From assembly GCA_963662405.2 (NCBI GenBank), contig CAXXKT010000001.1, forward strand, positions 192,001 to 256,000: DNA of 64,000 nt, in the 5' to 3' direction. A program made the position numbers and the translations under genes. Below are positions 30,246 to 41,165 of this stretch, in pieces. Numbering within the stretch: position 1 is the stretch's first letter; each line of letters starts with the position of its first letter. The DNA is from Syntrophales bacterium. Lineage in GTDB: Bacteria > Desulfobacterota > Syntrophia > Syntrophales > UBA2210. Below the pieces are notes generated by a model. That model made no database searches, had not been told where the DNA came from, and was given only the letters and a program-made list of their open reading frames with translations.

Positions 30246-33200
30246 ATGAAACTCAAAAAGCTGGAAATACTCGGCTTCAAGTCCTTCAGGGACAAGACCC
30301 CCATCGATCTGTCACGCGACATCAACGCCATCGTGGGCCCGAACGGTTGTGGAAAAAGCAATATCGTGGATGCCATACGGTGGGTCATGGGTGAACAGCG
30401 TATCACGATGCTGCGCGGCAAGAAAATGGAAGATGTCATATTCAACGGGAGCGACGATGCGTCCCCGGTGGGCATGGCCGAGGTATCGATAACCCTGGAG
30501 AGCAACGGCCATAAAGTGCCGGAAAAATATTCTAATTACCGGGAGATTACCGTCTCGCGGAAGGTGTTCCGCGAAGGTGATTCCGAATATTCCATCAATA
30601 AAGTCCCGTGTCGGCTCCTCGACGTGAAGGAATTTTTCATGGACGTGGGCGTCGGCGCCCGCACCTATTCAATCGTCGAACAGGAGAGGATATCAAATCT
30701 CGTCGAGGCAAAGCCGGAAGAGCGGCGGCGTTTCATTGAGGAGGCTGCGGGAATCATGAAATACAAGACGCGGAGAGAATCCGCTTCCCGCAAGATGGAG
30801 GCGACAAGGCAAAATATCATCCGCCTGAATGATATCCTGAGAGAGGTCCGATCACAGCTGAATGCCACGTCACGACAGGCAAAAAAAGCCGAGCAATACA
30901 GAGAACTGAAAAAGGAGATCAAGGAATCACGGCTGACCCTCTCGCTTCAGGCCTATGCGGCATTGAACTCCAGGAAGAATGACCTTGAGAAAGCGCACAC
31001 GCCCTTGAACGAAAAAGCCTTGGCGGCACAGACGGAACTGAAGACTCTGGAATCCGCCATCGAGGAAATACGGGCTCGGCTCGTCGAAAGTGAAGAATCG
31101 ATCGGAACGCTCCAGGATCGATACTATGGCATCAAGAGCGAGATCAACATAGGGGAACAGAAGATTAAATTCGCTCAAGAGACCATCCTCCAACTGGACA
31201 ACAAACGGAAGAGAGACCGCAAGGAAGCAGAAACGCTCACAGAACGCAGAGCGGCAATGGATCAAGAGGGGGCTCTCCTGAAGAGACAAATGGTCGAATC
31301 GGACGGGATCATCGCGGGGATGAAGGAGTCCATCGACAGGGCACGGGAGGCCGCCGACGTCATGAAGGCTGCCGAACGGGAGCTGAGTGACAAGCTCGAA
31401 AGTGAAAAATCCAGGCACATTGACATGATCACGGAAAACGCCCGCCTGGGGAATCTTCTCCTGTCTCTCACCAAAGCCCTCGAAGACCTGGAGAAAAAGG
31501 CTCAGAGGGAAGATGGAGAGCTGGACGAACACAAGAAGAAACTGCACGGCCTGCAGGATGATCTCGCGGCTGAAAAGAATGCCCTCTCATCCGCCATGGA
31601 GAGGATAACGACCATCAAGGAGCGGGAAACGATCACGGTGGAAGACCTCGCCGCTGCCCGTGAAGATCTCAGGGCCATCGAGACGGAAATCGACACCCTC
31701 AGAGAAGAGATCACGGTAAAAAAATCACGGTTAGGGTCCCTGGCCGAGCTCCAGGAGCGGCATGAATGGTGCGACGAGGGAACCAGGCAGATACTGGAGG
31801 CAATGCGCGCCGGTACGCTGGGAGAAGATATTCACGGCCTGCTGGCGGATCATATCGAAGTGCCGAAGGAATATGAGGCCCCCGTCGAGGCCGTTCTGGG
31901 GGATAAGCTCCAGTATATCATCGTCGAAAATCCGACAAATGGTATGAGGGCTATCGACTATCTCAAGCGGAACACATCCGGGAGGGGAAGTTTTGTCTCT
32001 TTGAAGACCGTGGCGAGACAGCAACCGGATCGGCCGAACTGCCCGGATGGGATCATCAGGCTCTCCGACCATGTCCGTGCCACCGATGAGGTGTTCCGTG
32101 ATGTCGTTCAGGGCCTTTTGGAAGGAATCTACCTGGTCCCCGATCTGACTGTCGCCGTTCGCCTGTCGGAAAAATCCATCCCCGGAAACATTTATGTTAC
32201 CCTCGAAGGAGACATCCTCGGATCCGACGGCGTACTGACGGGGGGCAGTGAACGAGAGGGTGGTTCCCTGCTGGCCGTCAAGAGAGAGCGCGCGGAACTG
32301 GAGGGGGAAATCGAAGCTCTGGCGGATATGCTCGAGGGTGAAAAAGAAACGAGGGATGTCGCCGGGAGCACCATAGCGCGTCTCGAAGAGGAAGCGGCGC
32401 AGGCGCGGTCGGAGACACACGAACTCGACCTGGAAATCAACGGACGGAAAAAAGATATAGAACGGCTGGAAGGCGAGGTCAGGTGGATTGAACAGCGCAT
32501 CAACGTCATCGTCTTCAACAGGGAAAATCTCGAATCGGAGAAGACGCTCACAGCCGAAAAGATAACAGACGCCCAAAGCAATATCGCATCCCGCACAAGC
32601 GATACGAAGGAGGGGGAGGGCCGTATCGCGACCCTGCAGGAGCAATGGGAGCAGACCCGCAGAGAGCAGGAGGAAAGCGAACAACATCTGACCGAACAGA
32701 AGATTCTCCTCACATCCGCTGAAGAGAAGAGGAAATCAGGGCTCGAAACTATTTCTCGCCTCGAGAAGTCTATTGAAGAGGTAAGTACCCGCATGCAAGG
32801 AACGGAGGAAGAGATACGGGCTTGTGATGAGAAGAGAACCGACACCATAGAACAGATCACGGATGGGGAAGAACACCTGAAAACCCTTTATGCGCAACAT
32901 GCGGAAGCTGAAGAAGAATTGACGACCAGGAGGACAGAACACGGGGAGAAAAATGCCGTACATAAACAGAAGGAACAGGCGCTCAGAAACGCACGGAAGG
33001 TATCGGAAGACATTTCACGGCAGCTGACCGGCATCGAGATGGAGATCCGCGAGGTCGTCCTCCAGACGGAGACGTTGAGAGAAAACGCCCGTGAGAAACT
33101 GGACATCGATCTGGATGAATGCCTGCCGGGGTTCGCGATGATGAGCGAATTCGAAGCTGAAGGCCTGAAGAGAAAACTCACCACCCACAAGAAGAGACTG

Positions 33201-33800
33201 GATGAGTTCGGAGAGGTCAACCTCCTGGCCCTGAGCGAGCACGAAGAACTCAAAGAGCGCCACGATTTTCTGGCAGGACAGGTCAAAGACCTTAACTCCT
33301 CCCTGGACACCCTCCAGAAAACGATTTCGAGAATCAACCAGATATCCCGGAAACGCTTCAGTGAAACCTTCGATGCCGTGAATAGCCATTTCAAGGAGGT
33401 CTTTCCTCGCCTCTTCCCCGGAGGAAAGGGATTTCTTCGCCTGACCGATGAATCCGACATGTTGGAAACGGGAGTGGATATAGACATACAGATCCCCGGA
33501 AAGAAAAGGCAGAACCTCTCCCTCCTGTCGGGAGGCGAAAAGGCACTCTCCGCGGTGGCCCTGATCTTCGCGATCCTCCTGCATCGCCCGTCTCCCTTCC
33601 TGATTCTCGACGAGGCGGACGCGCCACTCGACGATGCGAACGTGTCCCTCTTCAGGCAGCTGGTACGTGACATTTCTCAGAATTCACAGGTTATATTCGT
33701 GACCCATAACAAGACCACGATGGAGGCCGCCGAAAACCTGATCGGTGTTACCATGCAGAAAAACGGCATATCCACTACGGTTTCAGTGAGCATGAACTGA
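30246..33800 (+). CDS. smc: Chromosome segregation protein SMC
   Basis: GFKSF, GPNGCGKSN, long coiled coils with hinge, LSGGEK and LDEADAPLD motifs. Confidence 0.97.
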   Translation: MKLKKLEILGFKSFRDKTPIDLSRDINAIVGPNGCGKSNIVDAIRWVMGEQRITMLRGKKMEDVIFNGSDDASPVGMAEVSITLESNGHKVPEKYSNYREITVSRKVFREGDSEYSINKVPCRLLDVKEFFMDVGVGARTYSIVEQERISNLVEAKPEERRRFIEEAAGIMKYKTRRESASRKMEATRQNIIRLNDILREVRSQLNATSRQAKKAEQYRELKKEIKESRLTLSLQAYAALNSRKNDLEKAHTPLNEKALAAQTELKTLESAIEEIRARLVESEESIGTLQDRYYGIKSEINIGEQKIKFAQETILQLDNKRKRDRKEAETLTERRAAMDQEGALLKRQMVESDGIIAGMKESIDRAREAADVMKAAERELSDKLESEKSRHIDMITENARLGNLLLSLTKALEDLEKKAQREDGELDEHKKKLHGLQDDLAAEKNALSSAMERITTIKERETITVEDLAAAREDLRAIETEIDTLREEITVKKSRLGSLAELQERHEWCDEGTRQILEAMRAGTLGEDIHGLLADHIEVPKEYEAPVEAVLGDKLQYIIVENPTNGMRAIDYLKRNTSGRGSFVSLKTVARQQPDRPNCPDGIIRLSDHVRATDEVFRDVVQGLLEGIYLVPDLTVAVRLSEKSIPGNIYVTLEGDILGSDGVLTGGSEREGGSLLAVKRERAELEGEIEALADMLEGEKETRDVAGSTIARLEEEAAQARSETHELDLEINGRKKDIERLEGEVRWIEQRINVIVFNRENLESEKTLTAEKITDAQSNIASRTSDTKEGEGRIATLQEQWEQTRREQEESEQHLTEQKILLTSAEEKRKSGLETISRLEKSIEEVSTRMQGTEEEIRACDEKRTDTIEQITDGEEHLKTLYAQHAEAEEELTTRRTEHGEKNAVHKQKEQALRNARKVSEDISRQLTGIEMEIREVVLQTETLRENAREKLDIDLDECLPGFAMMSEFEAEGLKRKLTTHKKRLDEFGEVNLLALSEHEELKERHDFLAGQVKDLNSSLDTLQKTISRINQISRKRFSETFDAVNSHFKEVFPRLFPGGKGFLRLTDESDMLETGVDIDIQIPGKKRQNLSLLSGGEKALSAVALIFAILLHRPSPFLILDEADAPLDDANVSLFRQLVRDISQNSQVIFVTHNKTTMEAAENLIGVTMQKNGISTTVSVSMN

Positions 33801-33870
33801 TACCGGCAGAAACCGGTACACACCTCCTTGTCATCCCTTCCAAAGTCGTTTATAGTGACGGTGGTTTGGG

Positions 33871-34848
33871 GTGTCTTCGGATCAATCTACGGAAGGATCG
33901 AATACGGGAATCGCACGCATGCAGAACAACGAAGAAACGAATTTTTTCACCAAGTTGAAAGTGGGACTGTCAAAAACACGGAAGGGGTTTATCAAAAACC
34001 TTGACGAGATGATTTCAGGGGAAAAGATCATCTCAAAAGATGTATTTGAGGATATCGAAGAGATGCTGATCGCCGCCGACCTGGGCCCCGTCTTCGCCTC
34101 AGAGCTGATTGAAGAGATGAAATACCGAGCGAAAAGAAACGCGATGAGCAGTTCGGAAGCCCTCAAGACGGTTATGAAGGAACAGATGACGGCCATCCTC
34201 AGGACATGCGAAGCTCCCCTGAGGATCCCCAAAGGGGAGCCCTTTACGATCATGGTCGTCGGGGTAAACGGAGCCGGGAAGACCACGACCATCGGAAAGA
34301 TAGCCTCACGCTTCAAGAGAAACGACATCCCTCTCGTCCTCGCCGCCGGGGACACATTCAGGGCGGCGGCTATCGAACAGCTCGCCATATGGGCCGAGAG
34401 AACGGACGCACCACTGATCAAACAGAAGATGGGGGCCGATCCATCGGCGGTGGTCTTTGACGCGGTTCATGCGGCACAGGCCCGCAAGGCCGTGATGATC
34501 GTCGACACGGCGGGGAGGCTTCATACGAAGACGGGGCTCATGGACGAACTCAAAAAGATCAAACGCATCATGGACAGGGAACTCCCCGGTTCCCCGCATG
34601 AGACCCTCCTCGTCCTCGACGCGACCACCGGCCAGAATGCCGTCGTGCAGGCCCAGATGTTCCATAAAGAAATCGGGATCACCGGGATAGCCCTCACCAA
34701 ACTGGACGGCACGGCGAAGGGTGGAATCATTATACGAATCGCGCAGGAAATGGAGATACCGATCCGTTACATCGGTGTCGGTGAAGGACTGGACGACCTG
34801 CGGCGGTTCAAGTGTGAGGAGTTCGTGGACGCCCTGTTCGGAGAATGA
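33871..34848 (+). CDS. ftsY: SRP receptor FtsY
   Basis: GVNGAGKTTT, DTFRAAA, DTAGR and TKLDGTAKGG motifs; start may be ATG at 33919. Confidence 0.97.
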   Translation: MSSDQSTEGSNTGIARMQNNEETNFFTKLKVGLSKTRKGFIKNLDEMISGEKIISKDVFEDIEEMLIAADLGPVFASELIEEMKYRAKRNAMSSSEALKTVMKEQMTAILRTCEAPLRIPKGEPFTIMVVGVNGAGKTTTIGKIASRFKRNDIPLVLAAGDTFRAAAIEQLAIWAERTDAPLIKQKMGADPSAVVFDAVHAAQARKAVMIVDTAGRLHTKTGLMDELKKIKRIMDRELPGSPHETLLVLDATTGQNAVVQAQMFHKEIGITGIALTKLDGTAKGGIIIRIAQEMEIPIRYIGVGEGLDDLRRFKCEEFVDALFGE

Positions 34849-34855
34849 GAATGCC

Positions 34856-35503
34856 ATGGGCAAGATATTCGCCATCGGCGACATCCACGGGTGTCTCTCC
34901 AAACTGGAGGCGCTCATCACTCGGATCGAGATCGACCGGTGCAATGATACCCTCGTCTTTATCGGGGATTATATAGACAGGGGTCCCGACTCCAAAGGGG
35001 TGATCGAGTTTGTCCTCGATTTGAGGGAGCGGTTCGGCACGGTTGTCTGTCTCAAGGGAAACCACGAGGAGATGTTTCTCAACTACGTGTGCCATGGCAC
35101 GGATAAGGACCTGTATCTGCTCAACGGCGGGGACACCACGATCGCCTCGTACGGGTATTGTGAAATACCGGAAGGAGTGCAGATCGACGTGCCGGAGACC
35201 CACATGAGCTTTTTCAAATCCCTCCTCCTCTGGTACGAAACGGCCCAGTACATCTTCGTCCACGCAGGCCTCAGGGACCGAATTCCGCTGGAAGACCAGG
35301 ATTCCCGCGATCTCCTCTGGATACGCTATGAATTCATACACTCTTCATGCGACTTCGGCAAGACCGTCGTCTTCGGGCATACCCCGACATCGCACGCGGA
35401 ACCCCTCTTCCTGCCGGGAAGGATAGGGATCGACACGGGGGCTGTTTACGGCGGACCCCTCACCTGCGTGGAACTGCCGACACAACGGGTATATCAGGCG
35501 TAG
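34856..35503 (+). CDS. Ser/Thr phosphatase-like metallophosphoesterase
   Basis: GDIHG, GDYIDRG, GNHE, HAG, GHTP and IDTG motifs. Confidence 0.93.
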   Translation: MGKIFAIGDIHGCLSKLEALITRIEIDRCNDTLVFIGDYIDRGPDSKGVIEFVLDLRERFGTVVCLKGNHEEMFLNYVCHGTDKDLYLLNGGDTTIASYGYCEIPEGVQIDVPETHMSFFKSLLLWYETAQYIFVHAGLRDRIPLEDQDSRDLLWIRYEFIHSSCDFGKTVVFGHTPTSHAEPLFLPGRIGIDTGAVYGGPLTCVELPTQRVYQA

Positions 35504-35511
35504 GTGTAGAC

Positions 35512-36405
35512 ATGAAGATCATCGAATGCATCCCGAATTTTAGCGAGGGGCGAGATCCTGAGATTATCAGGGCCATCGCGGACGCTGCGACAGTCGTTCC
35601 CGGTGTCAAGGTTCTGAACTTCAGCATGGACCCGGACCACAACCGGAGCGTCCTGACCTTCATCGGCACACCGGAGGAAACACTGAATGGTGCAATCGCC
35701 GCCTGCGGCCGGGCCGCGGAACTGATCGACATGAGCAGACACCGCGGCTGTCATCCCCGCATCGGTGCCGTCGATGTGGTCCCCTTCGTCCCCTTGGAAG
35801 GGTCACTGATGGCGGAGGCGGTGGAGATAGCGCATCGATTTGGAAACATATTCGCACAAAGATACGATCTTCCCCTCTACTTCTACGGAGATGCCGCTCT
35901 GAGCGAGGAGAGAAAAAGACTCGCGGACATACGCCGGGGCCAGTATGAGGCGCTCGGCAATAAAATAACCGATCCCGCGTGGCGGCCCGATGCCGGTCCG
36001 GCCCGTTTTAACGCACGCCTTGGTGCAACCGCCGTGGGGGCACGGAAGCCCCTCATCGCCTTCAACATCAATCTCGATTCGGATAATGTTAGCTTGGCGC
36101 GAAAGATAGCCCGCTCGATCCGTCAATCAAGCGGCGGCTTCGAACATGTCCAGGCGCTGGGGTTGCTCCTCGAAAGGAGAAATATCGCCCAGGTTTCGAT
36201 GAACCTTACCGATTATGAGGTGACCTCCATCAGCACGGTCTTCGACGCCGTCAGTGCACAGGCCGCCGAAGAGGACATCGATATCCTCGAGTCCGAGTTG
36301 ATCGGCCTGATTCCCGGCGCCGCCCTTAAAGGGATACAACCTGACGAGATCAGACTGCTCGATTTTTCTGAGGAAAGAATCATTGAGAGCCATTACCACG
36401 GGTAG
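35512..36405 (+). CDS. ftcd: Glutamate formimidoyltransferase
   Basis: IECIPNFSEGR, DHNRSV, HPRIGAVDVVPF and QVSMN motifs. Confidence 0.93.
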   Translation: MKIIECIPNFSEGRDPEIIRAIADAATVVPGVKVLNFSMDPDHNRSVLTFIGTPEETLNGAIAACGRAAELIDMSRHRGCHPRIGAVDVVPFVPLEGSLMAEAVEIAHRFGNIFAQRYDLPLYFYGDAALSEERKRLADIRRGQYEALGNKITDPAWRPDAGPARFNARLGATAVGARKPLIAFNINLDSDNVSLARKIARSIRQSSGGFEHVQALGLLLERRNIAQVSMNLTDYEVTSISTVFDAVSAQAAEEDIDILESELIGLIPGAALKGIQPDEIRLLDFSEERIIESHYHG

Positions 36406-36486
36406 ATAGTACCGGGGAAAGAATCCTCCCAATATCGTTGACTCCGCTTGGAAATAATGGTAGAAATTCTTCCTTCATTTTCATGT

Positions 36487-36563
36487 ACCCCCGTAGCTCA
36501 GTAGGATAGAGCAACGGATTCCTAATCCGTGTGTCGTGCGTTCGAATCGCACCGGGGGTACCA
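36487..36563 (+). tRNA. tRNA-Arg(CCT)
   Basis: Acceptor stem ACCCCCG/CGGGGGT, anticodon arm ACGGA-TTCCTAA-TCCGT, T arm GTGCG-TTCGAAT-CGCAC, encoded CCA. Confidence 0.97.
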
Positions 36564-36602
36564 AAATTCAAGTACTTTGACTTAGAGGTTATTTTTAGTT
36601 TC

Positions 36603-36637
36603 TGACTACAAAATGACTACATTTCGGTGTGACCACA
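36603..36637 (+). repeat. Short direct repeats next to the tRNA 3' end (putative integrase arm-type sites)
   Basis: TGACTACA at 36603 and 36614; TGACCACA at 36630. Confidence 0.55.
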
Positions 36638-37082
36638 AAAACGGGAATTTATATTCTTGATTCCATCCACTCTTTGAATGCACGAGGAACAGATGAAATC
36701 TGATCGTCAAGAACCTTTCCCCCATTTTCGTCTATTCGTTCCCAACCATCCGGCTCGCGCAGATAAAGTCATATTGGCACAATCAAATCCAAACACAATT
36801 CAAATTGCTACCCTCTGAAAAATAATGAAATATAAAAAACACAGTACAACGTCGACAAGGAAGAGTACCCTATTGGTTCATCATCAAAATTCATTTTATG
36901 AGTCAAAAAGAATAAATACTAAATTATTGAAATTGAGATTATCCAAATCAAAAATATTGGTTTTATTGCCATGAGGAGTCTTACAATAAATAATAGATAC
37001 TCAAAAAGATCGCAGGAGGTGAGGGATGTTTTCCATCAGACGAGCGTTCCTCGATTCCCTGAATCACAACAGGTTGGCCCCC

Positions 37083-39095
37083 TTATGAATGGGGGTACAG
37101 GCTCTCGATCTCATCTCGGAAATTTTCCAAAACAACTCTGCGTTTGAGCTTTAATGTCGGGGTCAATTCACCGGATTCAATGCTGAACGGTCTTCCCAGT
37201 ATTTTATAGTACTGGATCTGTTCATGGTGAGGCAGGGTTGCGTTGACCTCATCCACCTGTTTTTTGATCAATGACACAACCGGTTCCTGTGCGACCATCT
37301 TTTCATCGGGGCATGCCGCAATGCCGTTATCTTTCAAAAACCGGCGTACCGCCTGAAAATCGGGAACGATCAGCGCCGATATATATTTCCTCGCGTCGCC
37401 GATGAGACAGGCCTGGTCTATATATGGTTTGGCCGTCACCGCCAGTTCAATCGGATGCGGGGCGATATTTTTTCCGCCGGAGGTGACAAAGATTTCCTTT
37501 TTCCGGTCGGTTATCATAAGGAATCCTTCCTCATCAAAGCTGCCGATATCGCCGGTCTGAAACCACCCGTCTTCGGTGAAGGTCTCGGCAGTTGCCTTGG
37601 GCAAATTCCAGTATCCCTGGAAGACCTGGGGGCCCTTGACCAGAATTTCACCATCTTCCGCAATTGTTTCTTCCGTCCAGATGACCGGTTTGCCCACGGT
37701 GCCAGGCTTGATCTGCAGTTTGTGAGCAACCGTATTATACGCCAGGGCCAGGGCGAGGACACGGATCGGGCTGGTATAGGGCGATAATCCCCTCGCCTGC
37801 TTGGTGACCATCAGATCCACCGTTAAATCGATCATCTTGTTTTTAAACCACCCGATCTTACCGACATCGAACCCGCTGGAGAATTCCGGTTCATTGAAGT
37901 TGATAACCGGTGCTGTTTCGGTCAGGCCATATCCTTCATTGAGTTGAATACCCAGTGCGCGAATAAAGACACACACATCTTTGGAGAGTTTTCCTCCTCC
38001 CGATATTCCCAACACTACACGATCAAGACCGGCCACCTTTCTGATTTTATTGAAGACCACCATGTTGGCCAGGGCGAATTGGATTAAATCGAACTGTCCC
38101 ATCCGCGTGGCGGTCGCCATAGCGTCGGCGTACTTTTCACCAATCCTCATCGCCCATGAGAACATGGCTTGAGCGACCTTGTTCTGCCGGGAAATGACGA
38201 ACCGGGTGGAGTCATATATCTTTTCCCATAACCGGGGGATACTGACAATGACATTAGGCCGTACTTCCAGCAGATTTTCCGGTATTCTTTTGAAATCTTC
38301 GGCAAAGACGAGGATGCTGCCCTGCCGAAGCGCACCCACATGGTAATCACTCGTCCTGCCGAACACATGGCACAGAGGCAGGTGAACGAGGTGCACCATG
38401 TGAAGCCCCAGCTCCCGCTGTCGACGAATAAGCGTGGAATTCGAGGACTGATGCAAGTTGGACACCCAGTTCTTCTGGGTCAGTACGGCACCTTTCGGCT
38501 TTCCCGTGGTTCCTGATGTATATATGATGGAAGCGACATCTTCCGGGGCAACAGCCTGTATCCGCCTCTCCACTTCCCCTTCACTGATTTTTTCTTTCCC
38601 CAGGACCATAACATCATCAAAGGTGTAGGCACCTTCAGGTCTGGGGCCATCCCAACTACACATGGAGATGACTGCCTCTATCGGAATTCCCTGCGTCCGT
38701 GCCTTGAGGGTCATTTCCCCCTTGTCCCGAGTGGAAACGATGACAACCCTGGCTCCGCTGTCTGCGGTCATATATTCCAATTCTTCCACTGTTGACGAAG
38801 GGTACAGGGGAACACCTATCGCACCGCAGGCCTGAATAGCCTGATCGGCAATGATCCATCTTGGCCTGCTTTCCGAAAAGATGACCACACGATCGCCTGT
38901 GCTTACTCCAAGAGAAATCAGTCCACGAGCAAAGGCGATGGCCTCCTCACGGGTTTTTTTCCAGCTACGTGAATACCATACACCACCAGGGTCGCCATTC
39001 CGATCGAACTTGCCGCGGAGCAGCTCGACTCGATCCCCATAGCAAAGTGCCTGATTGTGAAAAATCCCGCATATTGGATCCGTCCTGTACATCAT
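37083..39095 (-). CDS. Long-chain fatty acid-CoA ligase (AMP-forming)
   Basis: YTSGTTGKPKG, EGYGLTE, WFQTGD, DRKKE and ELTPTLKLKR motifs. Confidence 0.93.
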   Translation of the reverse strand: MMYRTDPICGIFHNQALCYGDRVELLRGKFDRNGDPGGVWYSRSWKKTREEAIAFARGLISLGVSTGDRVVIFSESRPRWIIADQAIQACGAIGVPLYPSSTVEELEYMTADSGARVVIVSTRDKGEMTLKARTQGIPIEAVISMCSWDGPRPEGAYTFDDVMVLGKEKISEGEVERRIQAVAPEDVASIIYTSGTTGKPKGAVLTQKNWVSNLHQSSNSTLIRRQRELGLHMVHLVHLPLCHVFGRTSDYHVGALRQGSILVFAEDFKRIPENLLEVRPNVIVSIPRLWEKIYDSTRFVISRQNKVAQAMFSWAMRIGEKYADAMATATRMGQFDLIQFALANMVVFNKIRKVAGLDRVVLGISGGGKLSKDVCVFIRALGIQLNEGYGLTETAPVINFNEPEFSSGFDVGKIGWFKNKMIDLTVDLMVTKQARGLSPYTSPIRVLALALAYNTVAHKLQIKPGTVGKPVIWTEETIAEDGEILVKGPQVFQGYWNLPKATAETFTEDGWFQTGDIGSFDEEGFLMITDRKKEIFVTSGGKNIAPHPIELAVTAKPYIDQACLIGDARKYISALIVPDFQAVRRFLKDNGIAACPDEKMVAQEPVVSLIKKQVDEVNATLPHHEQIQYYKILGRPFSIESGELTPTLKLKRRVVLENFRDEIESLYPHS

Positions 39096-39759
39096 GTCCT
39101 CAGTCTTTCTGCCTTGATTATTTGTGATCTCTTTTCATTTCGTTAAATCCATGTCCCCTCATGAATGTGTAATCGCAGGTTTCACGGGTCACGTTCAATG
39201 GAGTCTTTACTACCGACGAACAGCGCTCGGCCATTACTTTCGCTCCTGCCTCCTTGGCCTGGATCGCAATTTCATATGGCTGATATCAGGGATAAGAAAG
39301 TCCTCTGCAGTGATTCTCTCCTGAAGCAGACCCCAGCTCAGAGATACCGTACGCCCTTCGAAGGCAGGGACGGTCCCCCTGAGCTGATTCGGGGGGTATG
39401 GAAGGCATTGCGCTCAACCTACTCTAAAAGATTCATCAGTGTTTTATAAAAACTATACTTTGTGTTTTTCCTATATGAGACATGGAATAGTGTCAAGAAT
39501 ATATGGCCTGAGCAGATATCGTGCCGTACGTTATTTCCTGACACGGGAAAAGGCTTCTCTCCGTTCTATCTGGATAGACAGGCTCCGCGGCATCCGATCG
39601 CCGACCCCTGCAAAATACCTCCATCGTCTGTTTCCGGTTCCGTAGACTTTTTGTAAAACGTGTCTATCGGTCGTCGCTGTCTCTGTGCGGTCAGGCAAAA
39701 GATGCCGTCATAGTATCTTCCTGATCAACTATGAGGAGCGTAAGATTGAATCGATATAG

Positions 39760-39792
39760 AAAAACCCCCGTCTTTTGGGCGGGGGCTTTTTT
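39760..39792. terminator. Intrinsic terminator
   Basis: AAAACCCCCG-loop-CGGGGGCTTTT. Confidence 0.75.
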
Positions 39793-39813
39793 CTGGATAT
39801 TATGGTGTATTCG

Positions 39814-40074
39814 TTACCATCGTTCCTTCTTCTGCCGTTCCATGTTGAGCTTTGCTTCTCCGTAGAGCCTCCAGATGCACAGGCCGACGGCGAGGAAGAA
39901 GAGACCGAACATGAAACTGGGTTCGGTATTGAACCGGGTGTCGATCCACCGGCCTGCATAGAGGAACAGAAACGAGGAAGCGACGATCACGAACCCCCAT
40001 ACGCTGATCTGCAATATCTGAGTCAGGTTCGATCTCCAGTTTATCGAGTGATGGTGGTGATGTGTAGTGATCAT
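39814..40074 (-). CDS. Small membrane protein, AtpZ/AtpI-like
   Basis: GRWIDTRFNTEPSF..G pattern between two TM helices. Confidence 0.65.
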   Translation of the reverse strand: MITTHHHHHSINWRSNLTQILQISVWGFVIVASSFLFLYAGRWIDTRFNTEPSFMFGLFFLAVGLCIWRLYGEAKLNMERQKKERW

Positions 40075-40112
40075 TGTTCGAGTCCTCCTTTCGTAGGGTG
40101 TTTACCGTTTCA

Positions 40113-40388
40113 TTAGCTCACGAGGTTTTTGAGCGCGCCCACGACCGGAGCCGTGAAGAGAGCCACCAGGACGGCGTAGAGTGCGAAAGAGCCGACCGCC
40201 TCGCTGAGGTACAGTTTTGAGTACTTGTGTTTCAGAGAGGTGATGATCAAGCCGCCGACGATGAGGCATCCGAGATGGAAGTAAGGGAAGTTGGCCGCGT
40301 TGGTTGCGGTATACTCGGCAAACCCGAAAGAGGCGGTGACGAGCACCACGAAAGCCGCCATGATGATTGTCTGTACTGTCCGTTTCAT
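40113..40388 (-). CDS. Hypothetical membrane protein
   Basis: Signal peptide plus TM segments; GGAGGA RBS. Confidence 0.75.
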   Translation of the reverse strand: MKRTVQTIIMAAFVVLVTASFGFAEYTATNAANFPYFHLGCLIVGGLIITSLKHKYSKLYLSEAVGSFALYAVLVALFTAPVVGALKNLVS

Positions 40389-40443
40389 GAGTATATCCTC
40401 CTTTTTATGTTTCCTTGTTTTCTTTCTTTTGACTTTATACTAA

Positions 40444-40459
40444 TGAAAGAAGCGTGCCA
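40444..40459 (-). promoter_or_regulatory. Possible sigma54 promoter
   Basis: Minus strand TGGCACG-N4-TTTCA versus consensus TGGCACG-N4-TTGCW. Confidence 0.45.
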
Positions 40460-41032
40460 TTTCGCTGACTGGCGGTCAGAATATTTGTAACATATTGAAT
40501 ATGAGAAGGTTGTTGAGGAGAGCGGACTGGCGGAGGGGCACACAACCATGCCCGAACAACATGCCTGATTAAATGAAACATCAAACCGGATTGAATGAAA
40601 TGTTAGAAAAAGAGGGGAATAATAATATCACCGTTTGGGCATGAGCCAGCCGAGGAAACCATACCGAACCAAGCGCTTCCCGGGACGCTGAATATGTCGG
40701 CGGCCTGACTGGCATGTTGCCTGATAGCGGCGCAAATAATCGTATCGTTAAGATATTACTGAAAGCAATTTCATAATATTGCTTCAATCGTAATTCTATC
40801 AATTACAGGAGGAAGCAGAACGCAGTAACATACGAGCTCTGCCCCTGTTGCACCAAATCTCACACGTTTAACTACCGCTTGGGATCAGTTTTGGGGAAAA
40901 TCGATGATTGCCGTTTTAAAGTCTCACTGAAATGTGGCATGGGTGAATGAATTCGAAAAAACAACACTTCAAGAAGCGAGTTAGCAAAAGTCACATCTGA
41001 CGGTCTTACAACAAGCCGGATCGCTTCCTTCA

Positions 41033-41090
41033 CTACTAACAAATGATTTTGATCAAAGGGAAATGCTGAGCTTGACCGTTGGAAGTGTAG
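41033..41090 (+). repeat. Platform B right arm, copy 1 (52/58 identical to 55176-55233)
   Basis: CTACTAACAAATGATTT.GATCAAAGGG...ACCGTTGGAAGTGTAG. Confidence 0.9.
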
Positions 41091-41165
41091 CAAAACGTCT
41101 AAGCTCACCGTCGACACTGGAGCGCAACGGAATTGCCATCCGTGTGTAGCACCTCGCGGTTTTAT
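41090..41165 (-). other. Degenerate attC site after the R-M genes
   Basis: Minus strand ATAAAAC...GCTACACACGG...CGGTGAGC-TTAGAC-GTTTTGC, starting at the REase stop codon. Confidence 0.6.

Noticed and set aside
1..36405. Genome-wide TAG reassignment
   Set aside because: trxA, moaA, ftcd, the GGDEF gene and both AMP-ligases end in TAG at their expected C-termini.
36650..36770. Short minus-strand reading frame (YLREPDGWERIDENGG...EWMESRI)
   Set aside because: It has no start codon in frame and no recognisable family, so it is at most a gene fragment.
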